Source: Deltaproteobacteria bacterium (GTDB taxonomy: Bacteria; Myxococcota; XYA12-FULL-58-9; JABJBS01). From it: a stretch of DNA of 64,000 bases. The notes beneath the pieces were generated by a model. That model had not been told where the DNA came from. It made no database searches and was given only the letters and a program-made list of their open reading frames with translations. The position numbers were made by a program, and so were the translations under genes. Positions 1 through 11,161 of the stretch are shown here, piece by piece; position 1 is the first letter of the stretch; each line of letters starts with the position of its first letter. The stretch lies in assembly GCA_018668695.1 (NCBI GenBank), contig JABJBS010000322.1, positions 5,718-69,717 of the forward strand. The letters run 5' to 3'.

Positions 1-2
1 AG

Positions 3-1453
<1,451 letters not shown>

Positions 1454-1861
1454 GAGCTGGGTGCTTTACCCATATGAACTTACATTAGACGACACCCTAG
1501 TGGTCCCAAAACGCGCAAACGCCCGGTGAGATTCGAAAATCCTACCGAGCGCCGCGTTTGGTGTGCCTGTCCATAGAGCTCATTTAGGCAAGGGGCCGAG
1601 GCCCCAATTCCTCAGCCCCCCGCAAAAGCCCTAACTAGCCAGGCCAGGCATTGAAGTCATCGCCGGGATTTAGGGCAACTTAAGTGAAAAAATCAGCCCA
1701 ATCAGATCAAAAGAAGAAATACTTACTTTTAACCGGTCGGCGTAAGATGTGAATCTGACAACTGTATTCCGTACCCCTCCTGGCGAGTTACAAATGCACA
1801 AAGCTTGAGACCCCCTCTAGAATGGCTTATAAATTTCGTACACAAAGGATGGGGGTTATCC

Positions 1862-4150
1862 ATGAATAGAGTACTGGTACCACTGCTAATTGTAGGCATG
1901 GTCGGGTGCGCACCCAAAGTCGAAGTAGATGAGAATGAACTCGAACTTACTGCATCATCGATTGCAGAGTTCGACCCGGCCAACAGCATTATTCCGTTTC
2001 CGAATAATCTGTTATTTAGTGAGACGGGTTTGCTCAACATCCCGGCTGGCTGCAATGAAACTGCAACCACCGCGACCTTGCGTAGCGTTTTGCTAAACGG
2101 CATCGATGGCTTTGCCATGAACAACGCACCTATTTATGCAACGTTCAACCAGCCCGTCGACGTCAGCACAGTAGCCGGCAACGTCAAGCTTTACGACATG
2201 AGCGATGGTTCGACTCTCGACGTCTACGCTCTTGCGGATACGACGTTGCGTTGGGATTCCACATGCTCCATGCAGAGTGCAGTTGACCGCCTGATGATGA
2301 GTCCAGTCAAACCGCTTAAGGACGATACATACTACGCAGTGGTCATCGGTTCGGGTCTGAAGGCAGCAAGCGGCGAAAGCTTCAAAGCAAGCGCGACATG
2401 GGGCTTCGTTCGACAAGCAACCAACCCTGTGCAAATTGAGAACGTCACCGCGGAAGACGGTACAATGAGCCGTTCGGTCGTGAAGAATCACACGCCCTTC
2501 AACCCAGCAGATGCCGAAGGCATGGCTAGCATCGAAGGCATCGACCTACTGTGGAATACACACAGCCAACTCATGAGCTTTGCTGTAGACAGCATGGGTC
2601 ATGTACGCTCAGACATCATCCTTGCTTGGGGCTTCAAAACTCAATCAGCTGATGTGGCACTCGACGCCAACGTTCCCGGCAGTCCTGCTAACACAGCAGT
2701 CGCCCAGGCTGGAGCGATGAACATTACGTCCGAAATCAACAGCCCCGCCGCCATTGAGCAACACTTGCTCGCTGAGCTCGACGGGTACTGGGGAACATGG
2801 GCGCGCAATCAAAATAATTACGGAACCGATGATCGCTGGATTGGCCAAGACGCCGCAGCCAAAGTTCCATGGGCTTGTGGTGATAACGACGACGGCACTT
2901 ATACGTGGACAACGCCATGTAGCTCCATCGGAGCCATTGTTCACGGTAACTTCAGATCACCTAAATTTCAAAACCCAGAACTCTTTGACCTCTGGATACC
3001 AGCTTTGAATCCACCGATCATGGAGTACCAAAACATTGAGATGGTGGGCTTTATCCCCGCGGGTACAGCACCAGCGGGTGGGTGGCCAACTGTTATTTGG
3101 GCACACGGAATCGGTGATTCTAAAGAGCAGGCCTACACAGTCGCATCGGTATTTAACAAAGCGGGTATTGCGCTGGTCGCAACCGACTGGGTTAAGTCAG
3201 GCGTTCGAGCAGACCAAGTTGTGGTTGACGAAGCTGCGGGCTGTCCTCCAGGCCTTGTTCGCCCAGGCAACGGACAAGACCAATGCTTCAACGGAACAAT
3301 CGACGGAAACCCCGGAACACTTCGCGATAACCTGCGTCAGTCTGTCGTTGACGGTCACGCGTTCATTCACGCGTTGCGCACGTCTTGCGATGCAGACAAC
3401 GGCGGGTGCGGTAACCTCGCAATCGACACAGACAACATGGGTTACTTCGGTCACTCCCTCGGCGGCTACCTTGGGCAGCCTCTCCTGGGAACTCTTAAAG
3501 AGGGATACGAATTCAAATCAGTGGTCCTCAATGTTACAGGTGTTAGCTGGAGAGATGTTCTTGAGCGCATGACCAATAAAAAATGGCCCTGCTTTCTCAT
3601 CAACGCCTTGATTGACGCTGGAACCATCGAAGGAGAAGTGTGGGATGGCAACGACGACGTCACAGCATTCTGTGTGGCGGAAGAGTGGCAAATAGATCCT
3701 GCTGTAAACGCGCTCCTCACACCGTTTTCTTGGCTAGCCGATGCTGCTGAGCCTGGAATCTTTGCTGACGCAATCACCAGTCGTCATTCAACGATTCTTA
3801 TTCAAGAGAGCGTTTCTGATGCCACGGTTGATAACTCAGTCACAGAGGAAATGGCGAGTCTGCTAGGAATTGAACCAACAACTGTTGCCGCCGATGCGAT
3901 TGCTGAAGCAAACAGCGCGCTGGAACAAAATCAGCTCTATCTGAAGTACCAATCTGAGCAAGGTGTGGCCGATTTTACGCATGCCTCAGCAAAAGTACCG
4001 GAGCCCTATGCAACGTGCCTGTGGGACACCGCGGTTACAGCATGCTCGGTTGAGGAACTTGCAAACATTGAGGCATCCAAACAAGGTGTTCGACAAATGC
4101 AAGCAGACTACATTCAGTTCTTGGTCAATCACCTGACAAGCGGCGAATAA
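1862..4150 (+). CDS. Secreted lipoprotein, lipase/esterase-like alpha/beta-hydrolase with large N-terminal domain
   Basis: Lipobox LLIVGMVGC after the ATG at 1862 (SD-like AAAGGATGGGGG upstream). GHSLGG nucleophile elbow (GXSXG). N-terminal region with IPFPNNLLF motif resembling bacterial lipase N-terminal domains. Confidence 0.6.
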   Translation: MNRVLVPLLIVGMVGCAPKVEVDENELELTASSIAEFDPANSIIPFPNNLLFSETGLLNIPAGCNETATTATLRSVLLNGIDGFAMNNAPIYATFNQPVDVSTVAGNVKLYDMSDGSTLDVYALADTTLRWDSTCSMQSAVDRLMMSPVKPLKDDTYYAVVIGSGLKAASGESFKASATWGFVRQATNPVQIENVTAEDGTMSRSVVKNHTPFNPADAEGMASIEGIDLLWNTHSQLMSFAVDSMGHVRSDIILAWGFKTQSADVALDANVPGSPANTAVAQAGAMNITSEINSPAAIEQHLLAELDGYWGTWARNQNNYGTDDRWIGQDAAAKVPWACGDNDDGTYTWTTPCSSIGAIVHGNFRSPKFQNPELFDLWIPALNPPIMEYQNIEMVGFIPAGTAPAGGWPTVIWAHGIGDSKEQAYTVASVFNKAGIALVATDWVKSGVRADQVVVDEAAGCPPGLVRPGNGQDQCFNGTIDGNPGTLRDNLRQSVVDGHAFIHALRTSCDADNGGCGNLAIDTDNMGYFGHSLGGYLGQPLLGTLKEGYEFKSVVLNVTGVSWRDVLERMTNKKWPCFLINALIDAGTIEGEVWDGNDDVTAFCVAEEWQIDPAVNALLTPFSWLADAAEPGIFADAITSRHSTILIQESVSDATVDNSVTEEMASLLGIEPTTVAADAIAEANSALEQNQLYLKYQSEQGVADFTHASAKVPEPYATCLWDTAVTACSVEELANIEASKQGVRQMQADYIQFLVNHLTSGE

Positions 4151-4163
4151 GGGGGAAAATTCG

Positions 4164-5489
4164 ATGCGATATTCAGCAGCAATTTTTGTGATCGCTACCA
4201 TGGTAGCAGCGCCGGCTTTCGGCGGCGGATTTTCCGTAAGTGAACAATCGGGTAAAGCCACGGGTCAAGGCGGTGCAATCACCGCTACAACCAGTGATAG
4301 CGCCGCGATGTACTACAACTTGGCGGGGCTTACGAAGATCAAAGATCTTCACCTCACCATTGGTGCTTCCGTAGCTCTTGCTCGGCATACCTTTGAACAA
4401 TCAGTGGCAGGTGATTTGGTTTCAGTGGAATCAAACAACCCCGCCGGAATCGTACCATCGCTCTACCTTGGCTATCAGCTCTCGGATGAGTTCTCGGTTG
4501 GTTTTGGCTTCTTTAATACATGGGGCGCCACAGTCTACATGCCGAAGAATGGTACCAACAGTGCGGGCGAAAAAGTTCCCAACCCACAAGCAGACATTAA
4601 CCGTAAGACAGCCCTCAAAACTCCAACCGCAAGCCTTGGTTTTGGCTGGAACGCCGGAGACATCATTGAAGGACTCGCTCTTGGAGCCAGTGTGGATGTG
4701 ATGATGGGCAGCCTTTACGTTTACCGCAACCTCTACTTTGGTGAAGACCTTGGTAAAGTTGAGCTAAGCGCAGACGCAATTGCAGTAGGCGGCCGGATGG
4801 GCATTCAGTATGATTCCCCAGATTCAGAAGGACTCTCCATGGGTTTGTCCATAAAACTTCCCATGAAGCTAGCATTTGAAGGAAATGCTGACTTCGACAT
4901 GATGGGTGACAGTGCTACCCTCGCCGACTACCGAGGCTCTTTGCCTCCGGATGGTGCTGCTGGCGGTGACCTCACACTCCCGCTCGCTATCAACGTTGGC
5001 ATCTCCGATGTATTTCTAGAAGGTGACTTACGACTCTCTGGTGAAATCGCGATGGTTAACTTTGAGTCATACGACGAGCTTCGCTTGGCACTCCCCGACG
5101 GCTCCGAAAGTGTTTCTCCAAAAAATTGGAACAACACTGTAAGCTACCGTATCGGCGCCGAATACAAAGTGGCTGAGCAAACGTTTATTAGGGGTGGCTA
5201 TGTTTTTGATACCAACCCAATTCCAGCAGCAACACTCAACTCTTCGTTGATTGATGTAGACCGTCACTTTGTAACGGCAGGTGCTGGTACAACATTCGCG
5301 GGTATCACCCTCGATGTTGCGGCTATGTACAAGATTCCAGCCGGAAAGCGCTGGTCAAGTACTCGACTCGGTGGCGACTTGGCTGAGTATGACCTCGAAG
5401 TTTTACTGGTTGCCCTGCACGTGGGTTATCAATTTGACTTTGGCGGCGGCGGCGGCGAGGAAGCAGCTGCTGAGGCCGAAGCTGAATAA
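4164..5489 (+). CDS. FadL/TodX-family outer-membrane hydrophobic-compound transporter
   Basis: Signal peptide, then the family-typical GGFSVSEQSGKATGQGGA..A..DSAAMYYNLAGL start. Length and beta-strand-rich composition fit. 13 nt after the lipase gene. Unusual G5-EEAAAEAEAE tail. Confidence 0.75.
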   Translation: MRYSAAIFVIATMVAAPAFGGGFSVSEQSGKATGQGGAITATTSDSAAMYYNLAGLTKIKDLHLTIGASVALARHTFEQSVAGDLVSVESNNPAGIVPSLYLGYQLSDEFSVGFGFFNTWGATVYMPKNGTNSAGEKVPNPQADINRKTALKTPTASLGFGWNAGDIIEGLALGASVDVMMGSLYVYRNLYFGEDLGKVELSADAIAVGGRMGIQYDSPDSEGLSMGLSIKLPMKLAFEGNADFDMMGDSATLADYRGSLPPDGAAGGDLTLPLAINVGISDVFLEGDLRLSGEIAMVNFESYDELRLALPDGSESVSPKNWNNTVSYRIGAEYKVAEQTFIRGGYVFDTNPIPAATLNSSLIDVDRHFVTAGAGTTFAGITLDVAAMYKIPAGKRWSSTRLGGDLAEYDLEVLLVALHVGYQFDFGGGGGEEAAAEAEAE

Positions 5490-5511
5490 GCTTTAAGATA
5501 AGAGATTAAAA

Positions 5512-5547
5512 GCGGGTTCTTTCGAAAGAAAGAGCCCGTTTTTTTTT
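5512..5547 (+). terminator. Rho-independent terminator after the lipase-fadL operon
   Basis: 12-bp stem GCGGGTTCTTTC / GAAAGAGCCCGT with GAAA loop, followed by a T9 run. Confidence 0.7.
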
Positions 5548-5591
5548 GCCTACTCTGCTCTAACGAAAACCCAACAATCTAATCCTTGATA

Positions 5592-6644
5592 TCAACCGCC
5601 CTGCTCAAGGACGACCAGCTGACCGCAAGCCGCATTCTCTTCCTGCCCACGCGGCGTTCGCACAAGCGTTCGAAGACCACTGGCGGCAATTACTTTTGCA
5701 AAAGCTTCAACCCGTGCCTTCCCGCTTGGCATGAGCCCTTCCCGGCCTTCATTGAGCGGTAATAAATTAACCCGCACATCGCCTGGACATGGCTTTAAGA
5801 ACTCAGCAAGCTCACGTGCACAGACGTCGCTATCATTCACGCCATCCATTAAGGTCACTTCCACAAAAATTGTGTCGCTACGTGCTTCCAAAATCTCAGA
5901 AAACACATCTCGCATACTTTCCATGGAGATTTGTGTGGTGGGTACCAAGCGCTTGCGTAGATTTTCCTCCACAGCGTGCACACTCCAGGCAATCTGTGCG
6001 GGAAGTTTACCGAGCCGTCTGAGCTTTTGAGCGGAACCACCTACTGTGGAAACAGTAATATGATTGGAACTCAGCCCCATAGCTCTGCCATCGGTGAGAA
6101 TATCCAGGGATTTTTCAACCTCTGCTAGATTGTCGAGCGGCTCACCCATCCCCATAAAAACAACGTTGCGAATAGGTGCCATTCCCGCAGCTTTTGCCTC
6201 AGCCACCGCAGCAACCACCTGGCCCACAATTTCATGGGCACGAAGATTACGGATGATTCCCATCGTGGCTGTCATGCAGAACCGGCACCCACGTGCACAA
6301 CCAACTTGTGAAGATACGCATACTGTGGTGCGGCTCGGATTGGGGATCACAACAGACTCGATGAAATGACCATCATGAAGTGGCAACAATAGCTTTCGGG
6401 TACCACAGGCCGCGGTGCTTTTTTTAACAGGTTCCAATAAATCGATTGAGACCTTCTGCTTTAAACGCTTAAGAGCTCCGGCAGTCAGAGTATTTTCGAG
6501 AGTTTCTCCATCTTGGAGAGCCTTCCACACATTTCTGGCCCTACCCGGGCCCCCCAGAAGCGCTGAGAGCTTCTCTGGACCACAGCTTAAGAGCGAAGGT
6601 CGATTGTCTGGATATGTCGGCATAGAAGCGCCCTTACAAGACAC
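5592..6644 (-). CDS. rlmN: 23S rRNA m2A2503 / tRNA m2A37 methyltransferase RlmN (radical SAM)
   Basis: CxxxCxxC radical-SAM motif in VSSQVGCARGCRFCMTATMG, VVFMGMGEPLDNL, C-terminal AACGQL. Collinear with E. coli RlmN. Start may be the internal Met (MPTYPD). Confidence 0.85.
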   Translation of the reverse strand: MSCKGASMPTYPDNRPSLLSCGPEKLSALLGGPGRARNVWKALQDGETLENTLTAGALKRLKQKVSIDLLEPVKKSTAACGTRKLLLPLHDGHFIESVVIPNPSRTTVCVSSQVGCARGCRFCMTATMGIIRNLRAHEIVGQVVAAVAEAKAAGMAPIRNVVFMGMGEPLDNLAEVEKSLDILTDGRAMGLSSNHITVSTVGGSAQKLRRLGKLPAQIAWSVHAVEENLRKRLVPTTQISMESMRDVFSEILEARSDTIFVEVTLMDGVNDSDVCARELAEFLKPCPGDVRVNLLPLNEGREGLMPSGKARVEAFAKVIAASGLRTLVRTPRGQEENAACGQLVVLEQGG

Positions 6645-6681
6645 ACACCAAAAGATGAAGGCTTTTCGACCTCTTTACCCG

Positions 6682-9159
6682 TCATTCCCCGGTAAAGAGC
6701 TCAATACGCAACCGGCCTGAAAAAGAGCCGGATACCTGCAGGCTTCCTGTGCCGTCGCCAGAGCTCAGTTCAATACTTTGGCCCGCCTCATCAAGAGCCA
6801 GATAAAGGGCGTTTCCATCCATGCACATGGTGTCAGATTCACTGGCGCAGTTTCCTAGAGCCGCGCCGCCTAGCTGCATGGCTCCGGTTCCCAGTGCCGA
6901 CCCGGAAAACACATAGGAGATCTGACCAAAACTTGGCTCCGAGAGAGTACCCGCATCATCGCCGCCTGGAACCAGTCTCAGGGTAACCTCCTCCATCACC
7001 GCGGGCGCAGCATTGATGTCAGCCGCCACCCCATCGGCAAATTGCGCGGTGGTGTCATAATTCTCGCTTAACAAGGCAAGCACCGAACCGCCCCGAATAA
7101 AAACAATGGCATCCTCGGCTCCAACATCACTGACCGTAACGGTTCCTGTTTGAGCCACCGGCGAGAGTGCATCCACAGAGTTCCAGCGATGCCAAGTACC
7201 ACTGGGAAGCTTCACACTCCGGCTTGTCACACCTTCTTCAACTATCGGCGCCACCAAAAGATTATTACCAACCAAAAATGCGTCATCCACATCAAAGAGC
7301 GCGCTTGGGTCGACTTCGTTCCACCACACTGGGCGCACTGCAGGTGCCCCCTTGTTGACCGCTTCGTCTACAACTTGCGTCCAATACGGCAAGAGTCTTT
7401 GGTGCCATTGGCCATACTTACGGTAATGATTCAACGTATCCTCGTTCGAACTCCACTGAAGATTCGGGGCCGGTGTTCCTGAATGATGCGTACGCATAAA
7501 CGGAGTAAACGTTTCAAGCGTTACCCAACGCGCCCAGAGTTCATAAGTGCGGATCGAAGAACCAAAGCTTGTGTACCCGCCGATATCCGAATGCGTAAGA
7601 GCGATGCCTGATAGACCAGCAGAAAGATACAAACGTGGCACACTTCCTAAACCATCATTTCGGTCAAACGTAACCAATTGATCCCCAAGCCACATGATGT
7701 GCGTATGAGCGCTGATACCCGTGTAACCAGAACGATTAAAAATTGCGAAATCACCACCGGGTCGTTTCATTTCCCAAAATGCTCTTCCCGCTTCCGCCCA
7801 CAAAAGGGGGTATTCGTTATGCACTTCAAACCCGGAACGGCCATCCCCCATGACTGCATCCAGCGGCAAGGACTCACCATAATCATGCATCCAGCCATCG
7901 ATGCCCTTATCTACAGCTCGGCCTAGATAACCCCAAAACCAATCTAGCGACCCATCAACCGTCATATCATAATAGGACGGTGGCTCACCGAAGGGGAACT
8001 CTAGTTCAATGGGGTGACCGTCTTCATCACTCGCTAGAAAGCCGCCTTCAACGCCCTCAACAAAGACTTGGGTATCGCTGGCCACCATTGGGTTAATGTA
8101 GGTTAAAAACTTAAAGCCCATATCGTGTAGAGTTGTCGCCAATCCCTCTATGTCTGGATAGAGGTCGGGATCTTCTTCCCAATCGTACGTCAGGTGTTCA
8201 CCACCCATCGCTATTTCCTTACCAATCCAGTCCTCGGCCCACAGCGCACTTGCCGGGATATTATTCTCACGAGCCATTCTGGCCGCATCAATCAGAATTT
8301 CAGGACTGCCGAAGGTGTCAATCCAAGGACCGTATGTCCAGCGGTTCACCGGCCGTGCCCTTCCTGTTTCCGCAGTATACGTTTCCATCACCTCTTTAAC
8401 CGAGTCACCTGGGTAAATTCTCATTTTGAATTCTTTGGAAAAAATCTCAAGGCGGAAATGACCTGCGCTCTCACACATCTCGTATTCACTGCGCCAAGTG
8501 GTATCAAGCTGCACCCCAAGAGGCCGGCTCATCATCACGAACGGCACCGGAGCATAACTTTGATAATGGCTGCCGCTTAAACCGAAAACCACGGGCTCCT
8601 CACCCCGGTTTGCTTTACCGTTACCTTGTTCCTGAACCCACACCGGCACCCGATGGCCGCGGTGTTCAATGCTTACCTGAGCGCCCAAGCCAAAGAATTT
8701 GTCAGCCTCCAAACAATTGAAAGTCATCGCCAAGCGGTCGTTGGTCTCGTGCGTCCAAGTAATCACGACATGGCCGTCTTCAATGGCTACACTTCCGGAT
8801 GCAGCGTCGCCCAACTCAAAGCTTAGTACATCATCATCTACAGAATGGTCCGTCACGGTCAGAGCGCTGTAATCACCAAAGAGATCGTTAAAAGCGTAAG
8901 TCCCGTAGACCTCTTCAATCCGGACTCGATCCGTAAGCGCTGCAGCGAAAGGTGCATAAGCCTCGCCTGGGCGCTCATCGGCGTCCAACGTGGTAACGCC
9001 GCTGTTGGAAACGAGGACTTCGTTGCCACTATGGCTAACCACGAGGCCACGGTCATCGGTCAGTTCAACACGAATGTCCCCGCTCTCTAAAACCGGGTCG
9101 GAAGAACAAGCTGCTAAGAGGATAAAAACAAAAGGCAGATAAGTCGGTGTCTTGTGCAT
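6682..9159 (-). CDS. Glycoside hydrolase family 31 (alpha-glucosidase-like) lipoprotein
   Basis: Lipobox LLAACSS. GH31 catalytic-region motifs KGIDGWMHDYGE and WLGDQ, plus WAEDWIGK. 825 aa. Confidence 0.7.
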   Translation of the reverse strand: MHKTPTYLPFVFILLAACSSDPVLESGDIRVELTDDRGLVVSHSGNEVLVSNSGVTTLDADERPGEAYAPFAAALTDRVRIEEVYGTYAFNDLFGDYSALTVTDHSVDDDVLSFELGDAASGSVAIEDGHVVITWTHETNDRLAMTFNCLEADKFFGLGAQVSIEHRGHRVPVWVQEQGNGKANRGEEPVVFGLSGSHYQSYAPVPFVMMSRPLGVQLDTTWRSEYEMCESAGHFRLEIFSKEFKMRIYPGDSVKEVMETYTAETGRARPVNRWTYGPWIDTFGSPEILIDAARMARENNIPASALWAEDWIGKEIAMGGEHLTYDWEEDPDLYPDIEGLATTLHDMGFKFLTYINPMVASDTQVFVEGVEGGFLASDEDGHPIELEFPFGEPPSYYDMTVDGSLDWFWGYLGRAVDKGIDGWMHDYGESLPLDAVMGDGRSGFEVHNEYPLLWAEAGRAFWEMKRPGGDFAIFNRSGYTGISAHTHIMWLGDQLVTFDRNDGLGSVPRLYLSAGLSGIALTHSDIGGYTSFGSSIRTYELWARWVTLETFTPFMRTHHSGTPAPNLQWSSNEDTLNHYRKYGQWHQRLLPYWTQVVDEAVNKGAPAVRPVWWNEVDPSALFDVDDAFLVGNNLLVAPIVEEGVTSRSVKLPSGTWHRWNSVDALSPVAQTGTVTVSDVGAEDAIVFIRGGSVLALLSENYDTTAQFADGVAADINAAPAVMEEVTLRLVPGGDDAGTLSEPSFGQISYVFSGSALGTGAMQLGGAALGNCASESDTMCMDGNALYLALDEAGQSIELSSGDGTGSLQVSGSFSGRLRIELFTGE

Positions 9160-9217
9160 GCGTAAAGTTACCGCGACATGCTAGAAAAAATAAAGGTAAG
9201 AGAAGTGTGTTTATAAC

Positions 9218-9778
9218 TTACTTTTGCGTGAAAAGGTCGCGGAGCATCAGCCTCTCTGGCTCTGTCCCAGGTTTCTGGTTTTCAACCTGGACTTGCTGCA
9301 ACGCCTCCTCTGCAGGGCCCAGGGTCCAACAGGATTCAACTTCGAGAGTTTCAAGAAAATCTGGTGAATCATTTTTCGGACAAATATCTCGGTACTCGCC
9401 AAGCTCGCCCGCTTCATCTTCATCGATCCATCGTAGCGGTAGCCCTTGAGAACGGCATACATAGGGCCGGTGCTCGTATATTCGGCAACTGCCTGCATCA
9501 TTTAAAAATGCACACTTACCGACCGGGTGCGGGGTGCCGGACGTCAGAAGGTCACCGTAATGCGCCTTGATAACAACCGCCTCTACCTTAAAAACTGTTA
9601 GCTCGTCTTGGCAACAATCACTGCAACCGTCCCCGCATTTGAGCTGGTTTTCGTGCTCCCAATTCAATGGGTTTAAGGCTGAATCCACGTCGCGGTGGTA
9701 CTGCTCGATGATGGGTAATAGCGTATTATTCAAGTGTGAGCTCCTTGTGCAGCATGGATTTACACAATCACGTTGCAA
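9218..9778 (-). CDS. YkgJ-family zinc/iron-chelating domain protein (CxxCxxCC)
   Basis: CGDGCSDCC ... C.FL...GSCRIYEHRPYVCR pattern matching the putative Fe-S/Zn-chelating domain family. Confidence 0.6.
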   Translation of the reverse strand: MQRDCVNPCCTRSSHLNNTLLPIIEQYHRDVDSALNPLNWEHENQLKCGDGCSDCCQDELTVFKVEAVVIKAHYGDLLTSGTPHPVGKCAFLNDAGSCRIYEHRPYVCRSQGLPLRWIDEDEAGELGEYRDICPKNDSPDFLETLEVESCWTLGPAEEALQQVQVENQKPGTEPERLMLRDLFTQK

Positions 9779-9843
9779 GATCCAGCCAAACTAGGCATCC
9801 TAGACCGATATTCACGGCCACGATGCCCAACCCGAGGTGGAAC

Positions 9844-11025
9844 ATGCGCTCACTAAGTATACTGATTTTATTAGCTTTTCTCTCTTCGTGCGGCTCAGAA
9901 TCAACGCCCGGAACAGATCTTACGGACGTTTCCGCACCTGCCTCAGCTGACCCAGCTGATACCACCGATGCGGCTGATGCCAGTGATGATGTTGAGTCCA
10001 GTGACGCAAGCGATGCTTCAGTGAGCCCAGACCCGAGCTCCGATTCTACAGAAGCTGCCGACTCCGCAGACCCTACAGATGCGGCAGACCCGAGCGAAAC
10101 CAGCGACGCAAGTGACGCGGCAGACCCTGAAGAACCTGTCGACGATGGTATTCTTCGTTTCGTGGTGCTTGGCGATGCCGGTGAAGGAAACCAAAATCAA
10201 TATGACGTTGCCGATGCCATCCAAGAGCTTTGCACTGCTCAAGGGGGGTGCGAGTTTGCGCTTTATCTTGGCGACAACTTTTATGACGACGGAATCAATA
10301 CAGACCTTTGTTTAGACGACCCACAGTTTTTAGAAAAATTCGAATACCCCTACGCCAATCTAGATTTTCCATTTTATGTAGTGGCCGGCAATCACGACTA
10401 TGGCGTGCTGCCAATTGCTTTGGATAAAACAACCTGTGAGGTGGAATACCACCAAGTATCAGAAAAATGGTATTTCCCAGATCGCTATTACACCGTTGAA
10501 GTAGATGACGTGGCACTCTTTGCTGTCGACACCAATATTCTCATGGTCGACCAATTCATCATTGGAGATGTCGATGCGGACGACCAAAAAGCTTGGTTCA
10601 ACCAATCTGTGGCCGAGAACAACTCAATGTGGAAATTTGCATTTGGTCACCATCCCTACTTGTCCAATGGACCACACGGCAATGCTGGCAACTACGAAGG
10701 CTTGCCGGCCTCACTGATTCCAATCGTCAACGGTGATAAAATCCAAGACTTCATTGAAGAGTCCGTCTGCGGAAAAATCGATATTTATTTTTCCGGGCAC
10801 GACCACAGCCGCCAATGGTTCGACAATACCTGTGGAACTGAGTTCGTTGTGTCTGGAGCGGGCTCGAAGACTTCTGAAATCGAAGGCCGTGACAACAACC
10901 CGACCCTGTACAACGATGCCGAACTACCTGGTTTTCTCTACGTTGAGATCGACTCCAACCTGATGGTTGGCCGCTTCTTCGATATCAATGGCGACATGAA
11001 CTTTGAGAGAACTGTCCTCAAATAA
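9844..11025 (+). CDS. Secreted calcineurin-like metallophosphoesterase (purple-acid-phosphatase-like) lipoprotein
   Basis: SD GAGGTGG then ATG. Lipobox LLAFLSSC. About 60-aa D/S/A/T-rich acidic linker. Metallophosphatase motifs GDAGEG, GDNFYDDG, GNHDY, GHHPY, GHDH. Confidence 0.7.
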   Translation: MRSLSILILLAFLSSCGSESTPGTDLTDVSAPASADPADTTDAADASDDVESSDASDASVSPDPSSDSTEAADSADPTDAADPSETSDASDAADPEEPVDDGILRFVVLGDAGEGNQNQYDVADAIQELCTAQGGCEFALYLGDNFYDDGINTDLCLDDPQFLEKFEYPYANLDFPFYVVAGNHDYGVLPIALDKTTCEVEYHQVSEKWYFPDRYYTVEVDDVALFAVDTNILMVDQFIIGDVDADDQKAWFNQSVAENNSMWKFAFGHHPYLSNGPHGNAGNYEGLPASLIPIVNGDKIQDFIEESVCGKIDIYFSGHDHSRQWFDNTCGTEFVVSGAGSKTSEIEGRDNNPTLYNDAELPGFLYVEIDSNLMVGRFFDINGDMNFERTVLK

Positions 11026-11161
11026 GGCCAACCAGCGCCACAAATTGGACAAACCCGCCGAGTCCAGCAACCCTTAAAGTCAGGTCGCCCCCAGGGAATA
11101 TTCCTTGCCTGCGGCGTATTGTTTGAGCAACCCACTAAAAATGGGTTAAACAAGGCTCTCT

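Noticed and set aside
1591-1604. Perfect palindrome GGGGCCgaGGCCCC about 140 nt after serS
   Set aside because: It would form at best a 5-bp stem with a 4-nt loop and is not followed by a T-tract. A terminator or operator role is unsupported.
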